64,000 nt of DNA from Malacoraja senta (lineage: Eukaryota): positions 7,690,001 to 7,754,000 of the forward strand of contig CM075997.1 of assembly GCA_038087875.1 (NCBI GenBank), given 5' to 3'. The notes below the pieces were generated by a model that was not told where the DNA came from, ran no database searches, and worked only from the letters and a program-made list of their open reading frames with translations. Position numbers and translations under genes: made by a program. This document shows positions 1-12,981 of the stretch, piece after piece. Each line of letters begins with the position of its first letter. Positions within the stretch are counted from its first letter, which is position 1.

Positions 1-2950
1 AACCAGTATTTCAGCGTGGAAAACTATTTGTGTCTCTTAGCCGAGGAAAGATGAATGGAAATGTCAAAGTTTTCCTGAAGGATGGAACCGACCAAGAATG
101 TTGTCATTAAAAGCGTGCTTAATGACGCTTTTAGAGACTTTTATTCCCAGCTTTATACTTCAGAATCTCAACCGGATCAAAAGGTAATGCAGGACTTTCT
201 GAGCAGTCTAAATATTCCGAAACTCTCATAAGGTTTTAGGGAAAGATTGTATATCACAGGCAGAAATAGCTTCAGTCATTTCCTCAATGCAATCAGGCAA
301 ATGTCCGTGCCCTGATGGCTCCCCGGCAGAGTTTAAAAAAAAATTATCTATACTCCTTTCCCCACAGTTGTGTTCCGTTCTATCTGAATCCTACAGACAA
401 GGTTCTCTTCCTCCATCCTTTGCCGAAGCCTGTATTACTCTTATCGACAAAAAAGGTAAAGATCCAACCGAATGCGCCTCCTACAGACCTGTCTCCCTTC
501 TAAACACGGATGCTAAAAATTTTGCTAAGGTTCTAGTTCGTAGACTAGAGAATGTCATCCCTACAGTTATATCTGAGGACCAAAACGGCTTTGTTAAGAG
601 CAGACATTCCTTCTTTAACATACGTCGATTATTAGATAGTGTCTACTCTGCTTCTGAGGATGTCCCTGAGAGTGTCGTATCTATTGATCCAGAAAAAGCA
701 TTTGACTGCGTTGAGTGGGTCTAACTATGGGCTGTTCTGGACAAATTTGGTTTTGGAACGAACGTTATTTCATGGATCAGGTTACTATACTCTCATCCCA
801 CAGCCTCAGTTCCGACTAATTCCCAGTTGTCCAAGGCGTTCAACTTGCTTCGGGGAACCCGCCAGTGGTGTCATCTGAGCCCCATTCTTTTTGACTGGGC
901 CATCGAATCACTTGCCATGGCCTTTCGCAGCTGTGAGGACATAGCCGGTATTTTGAGGGGTAGTACACAGCATAAGGTCTCACTATATGCTGACGACCTT
1001 TTGCTTTTTGTCTCAAACCCAGGCACCTCTCTGCATTCTGCTATGACACTGCTCAATAATTTTGGTCAATTTTCGGGTTATAAGATAAATCTTGGAAAAA
1101 GCGAACTGTTCCCCATTAACTATGAAGTACAGCCCTCGGATCTTACCAACCTGCCATTCAAAATTGAAAAAAACAGGCTCTCATATTTGGGCGTTTCAGT
1201 TACTAGGAAATACAAGGGTCTTTTCAAAGAGAATTTTATCATTCTGTTAAACCAGATCAAACAGACGCTAACACAGTGCTCACCCCTGTCAATGTCACTT
1301 GTCGGCCGGATAAATTCAATCAAAATTACCATTTTACCAAACATTTTGTACCTTTTTCAGGCCTTACCGGTTTTTATCCCCAGGTCCTTCTTCGACCATC
1401 TTGACTCAGTTATTTCCTCCTATATATGGAGAGGTAAGCGGCCTCGTCTTAATAAGGCCCACTTTCAAAAAACCGAGGCTGCTGGTGTCCTGGCTCTCCC
1501 AAACATTTGCTTTTATTATTGGGCTGCTAACCTGCGCTGCCTAGCATTTTGTTCTTTCTTACACAGCCAGCCCGATTGTGCTGACTGGGTAGCCATGGAA
1601 TTACACACAGATGATAATATGTCCATACCTGCACAACTTGGTTCCTCAGTTCCACTCCCCTCAATTAAATATGTATTAAAATCCAGTGGTTAAACAATCT
1701 TTGAGGATTTGGGTTCACTTCAGGAAATGCTTTGGGTTGCATAACTTCTCTCTACTGAGCCCTATAGCAGCAAAGCACCTTTTTAAACCATCAACTCAGG
1801 ACTCTGTCTTTAAAGAATGGCACAGGAAGTGTATTGTGCGCTTCAAGGACATGTTTATGGGTAACACTGTAGCATCATTTGAACAATTAAGCAATAAATT
1901 CAATCTTCCAGTCAGATTGTTTCCCGATACCTGCAAACAAGGCATTATGTGTTCTATACACTGCCCAGCTCTTCTATACCAACAGACACTACCCTTGTTG
2001 ATACTGTTCTTTCTTTAAACCCATCTCAGAATAGACTTGTCTCAGCTATATATGGCAGGATGTTGTATCTAAGGCGTGCCCCATGGACAAGCTCAAGGCA
2101 GCATGGGAGGAAGATTTGGGCTTCTCTCTCTCGGAAGATACATGGAGTTCCATTCATAAACTGGTTAATTCCACCTCTCTATGTGCTCGTCACTGCCTGA
2201 TCAAATTCAAAGTGGTATATAGGGCTCATATCTCAAAAGCCAAATTATCTACTTTTTAACTTGAGGTTAGTCCATTCTGTGTTAAATGTAAAATTACTGA
2301 AGCCTCTCTTATCCAAATGTATTGGTCATGCCCCAGCCTTACTATGTTCTGGCTAGAGGTCTTTCATACATTATCCCAGGTGCTAAACATCAAATTGGAA
2401 CCAAAGCCTCTAATCGCTCTTTTTGGGGTCACTGGTGAGGAGGTTAGAATAACTGCAGATAAACGCCGCACTATATATTTTGCTTCTCTTCTGGCTTTGC
2501 TAACAATCCTGCTCAGCTGGACGGAACCTACCCCGCCCACTCATACACAATGGCTGACAGATATTATGTCCAGTCTAAAACTCCAGAAAATCAGGTACTT
2601 ACCTCAACATTCAAATGGAAGGTTTCAGAAAGCCTGGGGACCTTTTTTTTAAATGCATTCCAAGCTTTGTAAATGCTTAATCATCAAGTACCGTTTAATA
2701 GCTTAACAGTCTACCCATTCACTTATCGTGGATTATTGTTTGGACAGGCTGATATTTGCATATGCTCACTGGCAGCGACTGGGGAGAGATTATTTTTGGT
2801 ATCTTGTTTTTATTTTATTGTTGTTGTCTTGTTATATTTTGGCATAAGTTGTTTTTTATTTATTCTTTTCGTACACTCTGTCTGTAACAAATGGACAACT
2901 TTGCACTTTGTTATGTCATGAAAACTAAATAACAAGATTTTGATTTTAAA
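1..2950 (+). mobile_element. L1-clade LINE, decayed ORF2 (RT + C-terminal Cys region) and 3'UTR; runs off the window start
   Basis: ORF pieces 287-724 (PCPDG..., YRPVSLLNTDAK, DPEKAFD), 827-1693 (GTRQWCHLSP, LYADD, GYKIN, MSLVGRINSIK) and 2317-2652 (MYWSCPSL); frameshifts and stops; A-rich end near 2950. Confidence 0.9.
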
Positions 2951-3022
2951 AAGCGTGTTTCGTGGAATGATGACTTCTGAGATAAATTCTCAGATTGTCT
3001 TTGTTAAAATTATACCTCTCAA

Positions 3023-3904
3023 TCTATCTATATGTAAATTGAATCTTTTTTATCAACAGCAAAGAGACATAAAGAAGCAGTAAGCAGCAACAAGAGACAC
3101 AACAAGGAAGAACAATAATTCACATCTTTAACATTTAAATTGTTCTTATATTTTAAGAGTCATTCACATTTTAAACTTTAATAAATCCTTTTTCCACTTT
3201 TCATGCCTGCGTGCTCTTAATCAAAATGGGAACCTAATGGGCAGGAATGGATGCTCTGTGGGAGAGCCACGAAGAGTGCATTGGGGAAGATTGTGGGGAG
3301 ATGGACTGAATGCGTGGGGGGAGGGGAATGGCAAGGAGCAGAGTGGGGGGTGAAGGTGGGAGGGATGACTGAGTCAACTGCCAGCGTATCAGGTGTGAGT
3401 GACTGCACTGCCAGCCCACCAGCTGTGAGTAAGTGAACTTACAGCCCACCAGCTGTCAGTGACTGAACTGCCAGCCCACCAGCCGTGAGTGACTGCACTG
3501 CCAGCCCACCAGCCGTGAATAAGTTAACTGCCAGCCAAGCAGCCGGAAGTGACTGAACTGCCAGCCCAATAATCCATTCAGTCCATCCTCTCCCCCTTCT
3601 CTCTGACAGCTGTTTTGGGCTGAATTTCTGGCAGTTTCTCAGCTGCCAGCCTGCCAGGTCTGAGTGACGGTACTGCCAGGCCTCAGTGACTGAGCTGTCA
3701 GCCCAAGAAACCATTCGTCACACAATGTCCGTACTAGCCCTCTGGAAACCAGTCCCTTTGGCCCACACCACCCATATTAGCGCAACAGAAAGGCCCCCCC
3801 CCCACGGGCCAGCAATATTGGAATTGGTGGAGAGGTGGAATATTGCGTTGGGTGACCAGCCCTCCCGTGTGATGCTGGGACCAAACGGGTCCCACTTAGT
3901 CTAG
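3023..3904 (+). mobile_element. Non-autonomous Helitron-like element (copy 1)
   Basis: 3' hairpin TGGGACC-AAAC-GGGTCCCA (3876-3894) followed by CTAG (3901-3904) then T; possible A|TC 5' start at 3023 (uncertain); homologous to 8791-9636 from ~3148 onward. Confidence 0.7.
3365..3568 (+). repeat. ~30-bp minisatellite (GTGACTGAACTGCCAGCCCACCAGCCGTGA), ~7 copies, inside the Helitron-like element
   Basis: ACTGCCAGCC-like core recurs every 30 bp. Confidence 0.9.
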
Positions 3905-4117
3905 TTATTATATATAAATAGTAAAGGCACGCGAGAATTATGCTGACCTAAGATATCGATCACTTAGGTAGGCACAATTATCCGTGTCTATCGTGCGCAG
4001 TACATGTAACACGGGAAAGTTTGTGCAGCTCACGTGCCGTCGGCGTTGCTTCAAGCTGTCATTTCAAGCAGATCTGGAGGCAGCTGAAATTCTGCATTTG
4101 CAGCGTGGACTGTGTAC

Positions 4118-4129
4118 TGCGCATGCGCA
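4118..4129. promoter_or_regulatory. Perfect NRF1 palindrome TGCGCATGCGCA in a CpG-rich non-repetitive island (~3930-4720)
   Basis: Exact match to the NRF1 consensus; CpGs retained in the surrounding DNA. Confidence 0.5.
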
Positions 4130-4490
4130 AGCGGCTGTAAAGTGAGAAGCGGCTGTAAAAAGACAGCGTCGCTGGGGGGGGGGGGAGTTCCTTTCACAGC
4201 GTGTGGGGAGTCTGGACAGGGGTTAAGTTCCGGGAGGGCAGGGGCGTTGAGAATGAGGGGGTCGGGAATCATGCCAGAGCAACCAGCTCAACAGCGGGTC
4301 AGCGGGCGATGGGTAACAGGACATCGGGAGGTAGAGCTTACTCCATGTGACAGTGCGAGTAACCACAATTGGTCCCTTTTTCGCGCTGACACAGGAGTAA
4401 GCTCCACTGCCCGCTATCCTGTTATCCATCGCCCGTTGACCCGCTCCCCTCTGTAATCTTTGCTCTTGAGCTGGTCCCCTCACTTTTCAG

Positions 4491-4622
4491 ACGGAGAGCA
4501 CTGCCAGAGGTGAGCGGCGCCGGCAGAAGGCGCTGAGGTCCAGGCGGCGGCTCGCTTCCACCGAACTGCTTCTCTCCCCGGACACAATGCTGTGCTTCCG
4601 CGCCCGGAGCGGCGCGGCAGAG
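4491..4622 (+). other. Candidate 132-bp exon of an unidentified transcript
   Basis: Acceptor CCCCTCACTTTTCAG| at 4490, donor AG|GTAAGT at 4623; open in phase 0 (TESTARGERRRQKALRSRRRLASTELLLSPDTMLCFRARSGAAE). Confidence 0.4.
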
Positions 4623-5039
4623 GTAAGTGACTGGGTTACTGGCATGATCCCCGTACCCGTCCTTCTCAATGTTGCTGCCCTCCCCGCATCTTTACCCCTG
4701 GCGAGACTCACCACACGCTGTGAAAGGAACTCTCCCCCAATTGGTCCCTTGAACAAGTATTGTCATTCAATAAGGTCACATCTGATTCAACGTACCGGTG
4801 TGCTCCCGTTTTTCCCACCATCTCTCCACCTGCCGTCACCCTCCACCCCCACCCATTCAGTAATTCAGAATGAAGGAGATTTGGAAGCCTTGGGCAAATT
4901 GAATTGTTACTTTCTTTATATTTATTCTGTATTTTTACAAAGAGGAAAACAATCTGCACATGCGCGGTTCAAGATATTTTAAAGGCCGACTGACTGCCTA
5001 CCCTGAGTAATTACTCACGGCACGTGCCTGAGGTATACG

Positions 5040-7335
5040 CGCCAGCGTTCACACGAGTAGATGCACGCTAATGCTTCGCGTTCCCCGCTGGAGTACTTTC
5101 GTTCGATTGCAGTCAAGGGACGGGACGCGAATGCGATCGGTCGTTCGCTTCCATCGATGCACTACGATAACACTGCTCCGATCGCCATACTGGAAGTCTG
5201 TTGTGACGTACGTTTCAGCAATTGGGTCGAAGTGCGCGAGAACAGGCGGATATGCTATTTTGTCTTTCAGCGTGTTGAACGTGATGTTCTGCTCATTTGT
5301 CCATTTCCACTGTGTGTCTTTCCGAAGCAGCTTCTGTAGCGGTTCTGCAATCTGCGCGTACTGCGGCACAAACTTGCGGTAGAAGTTGGTGGTGCTCAGA
5401 AATGAAGCTAACTCTTTCGCGTTAGTTGGGGTGGGAAGCTCATTGATGGCTTGGACATTGTACTGAGTAGTCTCAACTCCAGTCGCTGTCATTCTGTATC
5501 TGAGAAAATCGATCTCGGATGCTGCAAATGTACACTTTGCTGCGTTGAGCGTTAAGTTGTGTTGCGCGAGACGAGCTACCACTGCATGCAGTCGTCGATC
5601 GTGTTCCTCCTTGTCCCTGCCATGGACGACGACATCGTCGGGGAGGTTGAGTGTTCCGTCAATGCCTGACAGAACCGACGCCACGATATTTAGAAGTGCG
5701 CTAGGCGCTGAGCACAGTCCATACGGCATCCTACGGTACTGAAATACACCTTCATGTGTGATGAATGCTGTCAAATGCCGACTGCGTTCTACTAGTGGGA
5801 CCTGAAGGTAGCTTCGGCGCATGCCTAGTTTTGAGAAGACTGTTGAACCGTGGAACGACGCAGATAGCCCTTGTATTGTTGGCAGAGGATGTTTTTCCAG
5901 AATCATGGCTTTGTTGACCGATTTAAGATTGATGCATAGTCTGAGTTCACCGTTCTTACGGCGCGCGATGACAAGATTCGATATCCAAGGGGATGAATCG
6001 ATGCGTGCAATGATACCATCCTTTTCGAATCTCTTCAATTCAGTGGAGACTTCCGAGCGAATGGAAAACGGTAGACGTTGTTGGCGGTGGGAAACAGGCG
6101 GGAAGGATATTCATGCCCATAGTCCGCGTCGCTGATCACATTGATGTTCATGCCGTTTGAGTCCTGAAGCTTAAAACCTAGTCGATCAAACAAACTGACT
6201 CCCATCAAACTCTTTCCTTCTGCGACGTAGAATCTGAAGCTATCGAGCTTGACTTCTCTGTAGCAAACAGGAACTGTCACTAGCCCTCTCGTGGGTATGG
6301 TTGAACCATCATAAGTGCGACGAGCGTCCCTCAGGGGAGCGAGAACGAAAACCACCTATTGTAGAGGTCAACGTTCAAATTAAAAACCTTCGCCCCCACA
6401 TCTATGAGAAGCGATACCGAGGTCCCAGCGATCTCGACCCTCCAGTCTTTGAAAGCACCTGTTGACCGAACACCCTGGTCAGCCCTGTCCTTTATTGAGT
6501 ATACGTCTTGTACACCTGGACATTGATCAGCTATTTGGCGGACAGATGACACTTTCTTCTTCGACAAACGGCAGAATTTCGCGAAGTGACTCAGCTTTGA
6601 ACACACGTTGCAGTAAGCTGAACACGTCTTGTGAGCGTGTGTCCGTCCATAATTCGGACACTGCTTGTTTGAGCGAATGTTTTTTGACTGTTTCTGAATG
6701 TCCTGCGCTGGTGCTGTGTTCATCTGATGAGCTGAATTACGAGATGTTCCGTCAGCGCTTGCTGTTTGAGTAACTTGGCATAATGCATCGCACGCTCAAT
6801 TTGCACAGCTAGTTATTGTGCCTTTTTGAGTTTGATATCATCATCCTTCATTATAAGGCGCTCTTTGATACGCGGGATAGAAGTATTTTCTATCAGCTGG
6901 TCTCTTACCAACTCATCAATCAGTGCCGTCAAAATTGCACTTTGCAGCAAGTTCAATCAATGAAGAAACAAATTGCTTCACTGGTTGGCCATGTCCTTGT
7001 AAACGTTGATGAAAACGGTATCTCTCTATCATCACACTTGTCTTTGGGCCAAACTATTTGTCATGTGTAGTAACAGCATCACTGTACTCACTCGTTGCAG
7101 CACTGCACAACTGCACGAAGATTCGCTGTCCTTCCATTCCGAGTCAATGCAGCAGGATCGCTCAGCGTCAAGCGTCCGAAATGGCCTCGCCGTCCAGGCC
7201 GCTTGCGATAAAGTATGTGGTGAAATATTCAAACCCTCGTGTCCATGGTACAGGAGGCTCTCTTGGACTTTCCAAGAATGGAGATGGGGCAGCGAGAGTT
7301 AAACTAGCCATCCTCATCGCCAGATGTGGTGTTTG
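5040..7335 (-). mobile_element. Ty3/Gypsy LTR retrotransposon, 5' half (PBS, gag, protease, RT, start of RNase H), decayed
   Basis: LTR end ...CACCACA, then PBS TGGCGATGAGGATGG (7322-7308); gag from ATG 7311; zinc knuckle CNVCSKLSHFAKFC; protease LIDVGA; RT ORF 5049-6038 (RLCINLK, TAFITHEG, RMPYGL, LPDD, PPVLAHFD). Confidence 0.92.
7308..7322 (-). promoter_or_regulatory. Primer binding site complementary to the tRNA-Ser(GCT) 3' end
   Basis: TGGCGATGAGGATGG is one transition from TGGCGACGAGGATGG. Confidence 0.75.
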
Positions 7336-7844
7336 ACGGCTAATAACTCACAATCGACCCTTGTTGTTCCAAGCCTGTAAGTGCGTTTCTTTTCAAGACA
7401 AAGTGGCTGCGTCAAAACTAGTCCACATGCCTCCTTGTCGCGTCTCTTGTTGTGTTCTGCAGCCGGGGCAGGGGACGGGTTCAGGCGGGGGCTGTCTGGG
7501 GCCGGTGGGGGAAGCGCGTGCAGCCAGGGGAAAGCACGGCTTCAGGAGGGGGCTGTCGGGGGGCGATGGGGGAGGGGGGAGCGTACTGCAGCCGGGGGAC
7601 GGGGCGGCTTCAAGCTGGGTCTGTAGGAGGATGGAGGTGGTGGGGAGGTGCGTCCTGCACTCACTCCATCCCTCCTGAACCCCTCCCCCATCCACTCTTC
7701 GCGGCTCTGTGGCGGCGCAGCCATTCCCGCCAATTGAGTTCCCATTGTGACTTGGAACACGCAGGTAGGCAAGTAGACGGGCACGGCAAGTCAAAAGGGA
7801 ATTTATTAAAGCTTAAAATGTGAATAACTTGTAAATCAGCAAAC

Positions 7845-8790
7845 TGTACAACCTGGAGTTCAAGATCATCTTTAATCGGTACCCGTAGTATAGGGGTACA
7901 GCAGGTTGTTAGTAGTTAGTTCATCGTTACCGCTTCCAAGACTGACCAGTGTAGGAAGTGGATGTTAGTATGAATCATATAGTAAGGTGGGGTTAGTGAT
8001 GCTATTTCTACTATGATTGCTTCATATGCAATAACCAATCTACATCCTTCCCCATTAGGGCGAATATAGTTATGCGCACATGCAGCTAGAATTCAAACAT
8101 TCTCGCCATATCTGTCAGGTGGTCCACTTATACGGCCCGAACGCGTACGGACCAACCCCTCTCCCTCTTCGCCAGAAAGGTTAGAGGGAGGCGGTGAACC
8201 CGAAGTGAGAAAGCAGCAGGGGGCACTCGTGGTGACCGACATGTAGAGCATGCGGGTGAGGTAGTGTTGTTGTTAGTCACCGCCACCGGACGTGGTGGAG
8301 TAAGGGGCATGCTGGAACTAGTGGTGGCCACGGCAGCAGACGGCTGGAACAGTAGAGGTGGAGCGAAAGGATCGGCTGGTGGAGGCCGTGGTTCCTTCAC
8401 AGCCAGCAAGTGTTGGCGGCGCCATCGATGTCAACAATGTAGGATCGGGGTTCTTTGGACGGGAAAACAACGCAACCTAGACGGGAATGTCCCATAGTAG
8501 TTTGCAAAAGGACGACTTGGCCCGGTAGTAGCGGTTTAAGTGGTTTGCTGGACTTGTCATGTGATCGTTTCTGGATGTTGTGTTTCTCCTGGATGCGCTT
8601 CTGGTTCACTGTTGTGAGGTTGAACTTGCTGCCTCCACTTTGCTTGGAGTGCGGTGAGGTTGGACTTGCTGCCTGCACCCTGCTTGGATTGATGTGTGGT
8701 TGGACTTGCTGCCTCCACTCTGCTTGGAGTGCGGTGAGGTTGGTCTTGCTACCTGCACTCTGCTTGGAGTGCTGTGAGGTTAGACTTGCA
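7845..8790 (-). mobile_element. Second Gypsy element, 3' end: integrase C-terminus, PPT and ~200-bp 3' LTR (8044-7845)
   Basis: KPLLPGQVVL...EPRSYIV integrase tail; RTRSGRISGPPDRY before the stop at 8093-8095; PPT GGGGAAGGA immediately followed by TGTAGATTGG...TTGTACA. Confidence 0.85.
8611..8789 (+). repeat. 40-bp tandem repeat, 4.5 copies
   Basis: Units start at 8611, 8651, 8691, 8731 and 8771 (GCGGTGAGGTTGGACTTGCTGCCTCCACTCTGCTTGGAGT). Confidence 0.95.
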
Positions 8791-9636
8791 ATATTTTAAG
8801 ACTCGATCACTTTTTAAAATATAATAAATCATTTTTATACTTGCCATGTCAGCGTGTTCTTCATCACAATGGGTACCTAACGGGCATGAGTGGCTGCGCT
8901 GTCGGAGAGCCACTAAGAATGCAAGGGGGGCGGTTGAGGGGAGTTGGACTGATTGCGTGGGGGGAGGGGAATTGCAAGGAGAAGAGTTGGGGGATGAAGT
9001 GAGGAGGGGTAACTGAGTGAACTGACACCACACCAGCTGTAAGTGACTAAAGGGCCAGCCTACAACCCATGACTTGGTGAACTGCCAGCCCACCAGACAT
9101 GACTCACTGAACTGCAATTCCAAGAATCCATTCAGTCCACAATGTCCATACTAGCCCTCTGTAAATCAGTCCCTTCAGCCCACAACACCCATACTAGCGT
9201 TCCCGAGATCCACGCAAGGATAGACTTTCCTCCTTCATTGCTGTGATCTGTTAAAAAATGAAAATAGCTAAAAATTGATTGTTCACACTCTCCCCCTTCT
9301 CTCTCAAAGAGTCTGTACCTGTTTTCAGCAGAATATCTGGCGGTTTCTGAGCTGCCAGCCCTCCAGGCCTCAGTTTCTGAGTTGCCAGCTTGCCAAGCCT
9401 GAGTGATTGAGCTGCCACGCCTCAGTGACTGAGCTGCCAGCCCATGAATCCATTCGGCCCCCAATTTTCATACTAGCCCACTAGAAACCAGTCCATTCGG
9501 CCCACAAAACCCATGTTAGCGCTATAGAAAGCCCCCCTCCCCCCCACTGGCCAACAATATTGGAATTGGTGGAGAGGTGGAAGATTGCGTTGGGGGACCA
9601 GCCTTCCCGTGTGATGCTGGGACCCAACGGGTCCTT
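8791..9636 (+). mobile_element. Non-autonomous Helitron-like element (copy 2); terminal CTAG lost at a CR1 junction
   Basis: Colinear with 3148-3893; ends GGGACCCAACGGGTCC. Confidence 0.7.
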
Positions 9637-10630
9637 CTAAATTCCAGAGTATACACGCCCAGCCGCTCCACTCTCTCAGCATATGACAGCCACGCCATCC
9701 CGCGAAATATAAGTGAACTTAATACGCCCTCAATAGCAAGAAATCCCTTCCTCAAATTTGTAGACCAAAACTGTACACAATACTCCAGGTGTGGTCTCAC
9801 TGGGGCCCTGTACACGTGCAGAAGGACCTATTTGTTCCCGTACTCAACTCCTCTTGTTATGAAGGCCAACATGCCATTCGCTTTCTTCACTGCCTGCTGT
9901 ACCTGCGTTTTTATTTTCATTGACGGATGAACAAGGACCCACAGATCACGTAGTACTTCCCCTTTTCCCAAAGCGAAACCATTTAGATAATAACATTTCC
10001 TGTTTGTACTACCAAATTGGATATCCTCACATGTATCCACATTAAACTGCATCTGCCATGCATCTGCAACTTCATCCAACCTGTTCAAGTCACCCTGCAT
10101 TTTCATAGCATCCTCCTCACAGTTCACACTGGCACCTAGATATGTGTCATCTGAAAATGTGCTAATGTTACTTGTCATCCCTTCATCTAAACCATTAACA
10201 TTTATTGTAAATAGTTGCACTCCCAGCAACGAGCCTTGCGGTACCCCTATAGCCATTCTGAAAGGGGCCCGTTAATCCCAACACTTTGTTTCCTGTTTGC
10301 CAACCAATTTTCTATCCATGTCAGCACTCTACCCCTAATACCATGTGCCCTAATGTTGCCCACTAATCTCCTACGTGGGACCTTATCGAATGCTTTCGGA
10401 GAGTCCAATTACACTACATCCACTGGCTCTACCTTGTACATTTACCTAGTTACATACTCAAAAAATTCCAAAAGATTAGTCAAACATAATTTCCCCTTCG
10501 TAGATCCATGGTGACTCGGGCCGATCCTGTTACTGCTATACAAATGTGCCACTATTTCATATTTTATAATTGACTCCAGCATTTTCCCCAACCACCGAAA
10601 TCAGGCTAACTAGTCTAAATGTCCCTGTTT
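9634..10630 (-). mobile_element. CR1 LINE RT fragment with internal deletions
   Basis: GVPQGSLLG, FSDDT, RPHLEYCVQFWS motifs. Confidence 0.9.
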
Positions 10631-10679
10631 AATCGGTACATAATCGGTTATTCCATTGGTGTGTCCAATGCTCATGTAA

Positions 10680-12960
10680 ACAGCTTGGAAACAGGCCCTT
10701 CGACCTGTCTCGTCCTTGCAGAACGAGATGGTTATTTACTGTAATCTCATTCACTTGTGTTTGTCCCATATCCCTCCATTCATATCCGAGACAAACGGCT
10801 GTCCAAATGCTGTTTATTAGCTGTGATGGTTTCTGCCCCCACCACCTCTAATGAAAAGATTGATCCACCGTTGGTGTGGAATACCTGCCCGTCAGTATTC
10901 CAGTAAATCTTTATCCTTTCGATTAAACTGGGTTTGGATTCCCCCAGACTAACGCTGTCCATTACAGATAACATCCCGGTGAATCTGTTCCACACTGCCT
11001 CTGATGAAATGAATCATCCTTTCCATCATATGTTGGCCAGAACGACGAAAGATATCTGACAGATATTTAAAGTACAACTTGGGAGAGGGGTGGCATTGGG
11101 ACAATAGTTCAATCATGCGTTTTCTTTATTTAGATTTTCAGATGTGTTCCAGAACATCTAAAGTGAGTTTAGAATCAGACGCAGATGGATAGTGAAACCA
11201 TCAGTGAGTCCAGATGTATCTGTTGCAATGAGCTGGAATTGAGGGAAGAAAACAAAATTAGCTGGAGGGTGTCTGCAGAAATAGAGAGGTAATATATTCC
11301 TCACTTGTCCATGGATCTTTATACTGTGGTCATAGAAAGCTTTGCAACATGGCGAAACACATTTTTAACATTAATTTCTTAGTATAGCAATTATTTGTAA
11401 TGGTCAGCCATGGATAGGTAACCTGCAAACATGTCCGTTCATCTACAGTGAGTCAGCATGAGGCTTTCATCCGTTAGTGCAATGAGTATAGAAGTTGGGA
11501 CGTCATGTTGCAGTTGTATAGGACGTCGGTGATACCACGTTCAGAGTATTGTGTTCAATTATTGGCACCATGATACAGGAACGATAGTCAATCTAGAAAG
11601 GGTCTAGAGGAGATTCAGGAAGATGTTGCTTCGACCCGTGGGCCAGATCTAAAGGGAGAGATTCAGCTGGCTATTACGTTACTCCTTGGTACACAGGAGG
11701 ATCAGGGCGATCTCTAAGAGATGAACAAAATGACGAAATAAGCAGATCAGGTAGACGCACAGAGTTGGGGAATCAAGAACCAGGTGACATTGGTTTAAGA
11801 TGAGGGAGGAAATATGTAATCAGAAGCTGAAGGGGAAACCTTTTTACATCATGTGTGGTGGCTGTAAGGAACGAGCTGCGGTGAATATATATCCGAGCAG
11901 CGTGCGACGGAACTGGGAATTTGTTATCTGGGATGTCCTGGGAATGGGCGTGGACCAAAGGTGAATGAACTGTAGAGCAGTGGGACCTAGGAAGAAAGGT
12001 GCACATTACGTTGAAAGCAGCATGACAGGTAGTTTAGGTGGGAATAAAGCCTTTTGGCACATTGGCTTTCATCGATCAGGGCATAGAGTTGGGAGGTCAT
12101 GCTACAGTTGTATAAGACGTTGGTGAGCCCGCATTTAGAGCATTGTGTTGAGTATTTGGCAACATGAAATAATAAAGATGGTGCCAATCTGGAAATGGTG
12201 TATATGAGATTTACGAGCATGTTACCAGGACCCGAAGGTCTGATCTAGAGGGACAGATTCGGCAGGCTAGTACTTTAATGTTTCGTGAGCAGGAGGGTGT
12301 GGTGAACAAAATAACGAGAGGAATAGATTTTGTAGACGCACAGAGTAGGGGAAGGAAGAACCAGGGGACAGCGTTTTAAGATGAGGGGGGGAATTGAATC
12401 GGAATCTGAGGGGTAATTTTTCACACAAAGAGTGATGCGTGTATAGAACAAGCTGCCAGAGCAGGTATTTCAGGCCGCTACTCACAGAGTCATATAGTCA
12501 TAGAGTGATATGGTGTGGAAACAGTTCCTTCGGCCCAACATGCCCACACCAGCCTACATGCCCCATCTACACTAGTCCCATCTGCCCGCATTTGGCCCAA
12601 ATCACTCCATCCTCTCCTTTTCACGTACCTGTCTAACTGTTTCATAAATGTTGGGAAAGTCCCTGCATCAACTATCTCCTCTGGCAAAGTGTCTAAGAAG
12701 GAACTGCATATGCTGGAAAATCGAAGGTAGACAAAAGTGCTGGAGCAACTCAGCGTGTGTTCCAGCATCTATGGAGCGAAGGAAGGAGGCGCCACACCCG
12801 CTGAGTTTCTCCAGCACTTTTGACCTCATCCTCTGGCACCTTGTTCCACACATCCAGCACCCTTTGTGTGAAAAAGGTATCCGTCAGATTCCTATTATTT
12901 TTTACCCCTTTACCAGAACCCTCTGAACCTCGATTATCTCACTCAGGGAACGAGCATATT
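10680..12960. mobile_element. Patchwork of old, highly decayed CR1/L2-type 3' fragments on both strands
   Basis: Residual similarity to CR1 RT C-terminus and 3'UTR (e.g. 11470-11880 and 12030-12480 on +; 12490-12960 on - with AGAGTCAT tail). Confidence 0.65.
12687..12828. mobile_element. Short Penelope-terminal-repeat-derived fold-back insertion with 10-bp TSD
   Basis: TCCTCTGGCA at 12677-12686 and 12829-12838; inverted arms AAAAGTGCTGGAGCAACTCAGCG / CGCTGAGTTTCTCCAGCACTTTT. Confidence 0.75.
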
Positions 12961-12981
12961 TCTTTCTACCCGTTATATCTC

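Noticed and set aside
7361..7823. Overlapping GC-rich ORFs
   Set aside because: G-rich low-complexity DNA depleted of stops; no domain recognised; probably LTR or other repeat sequence
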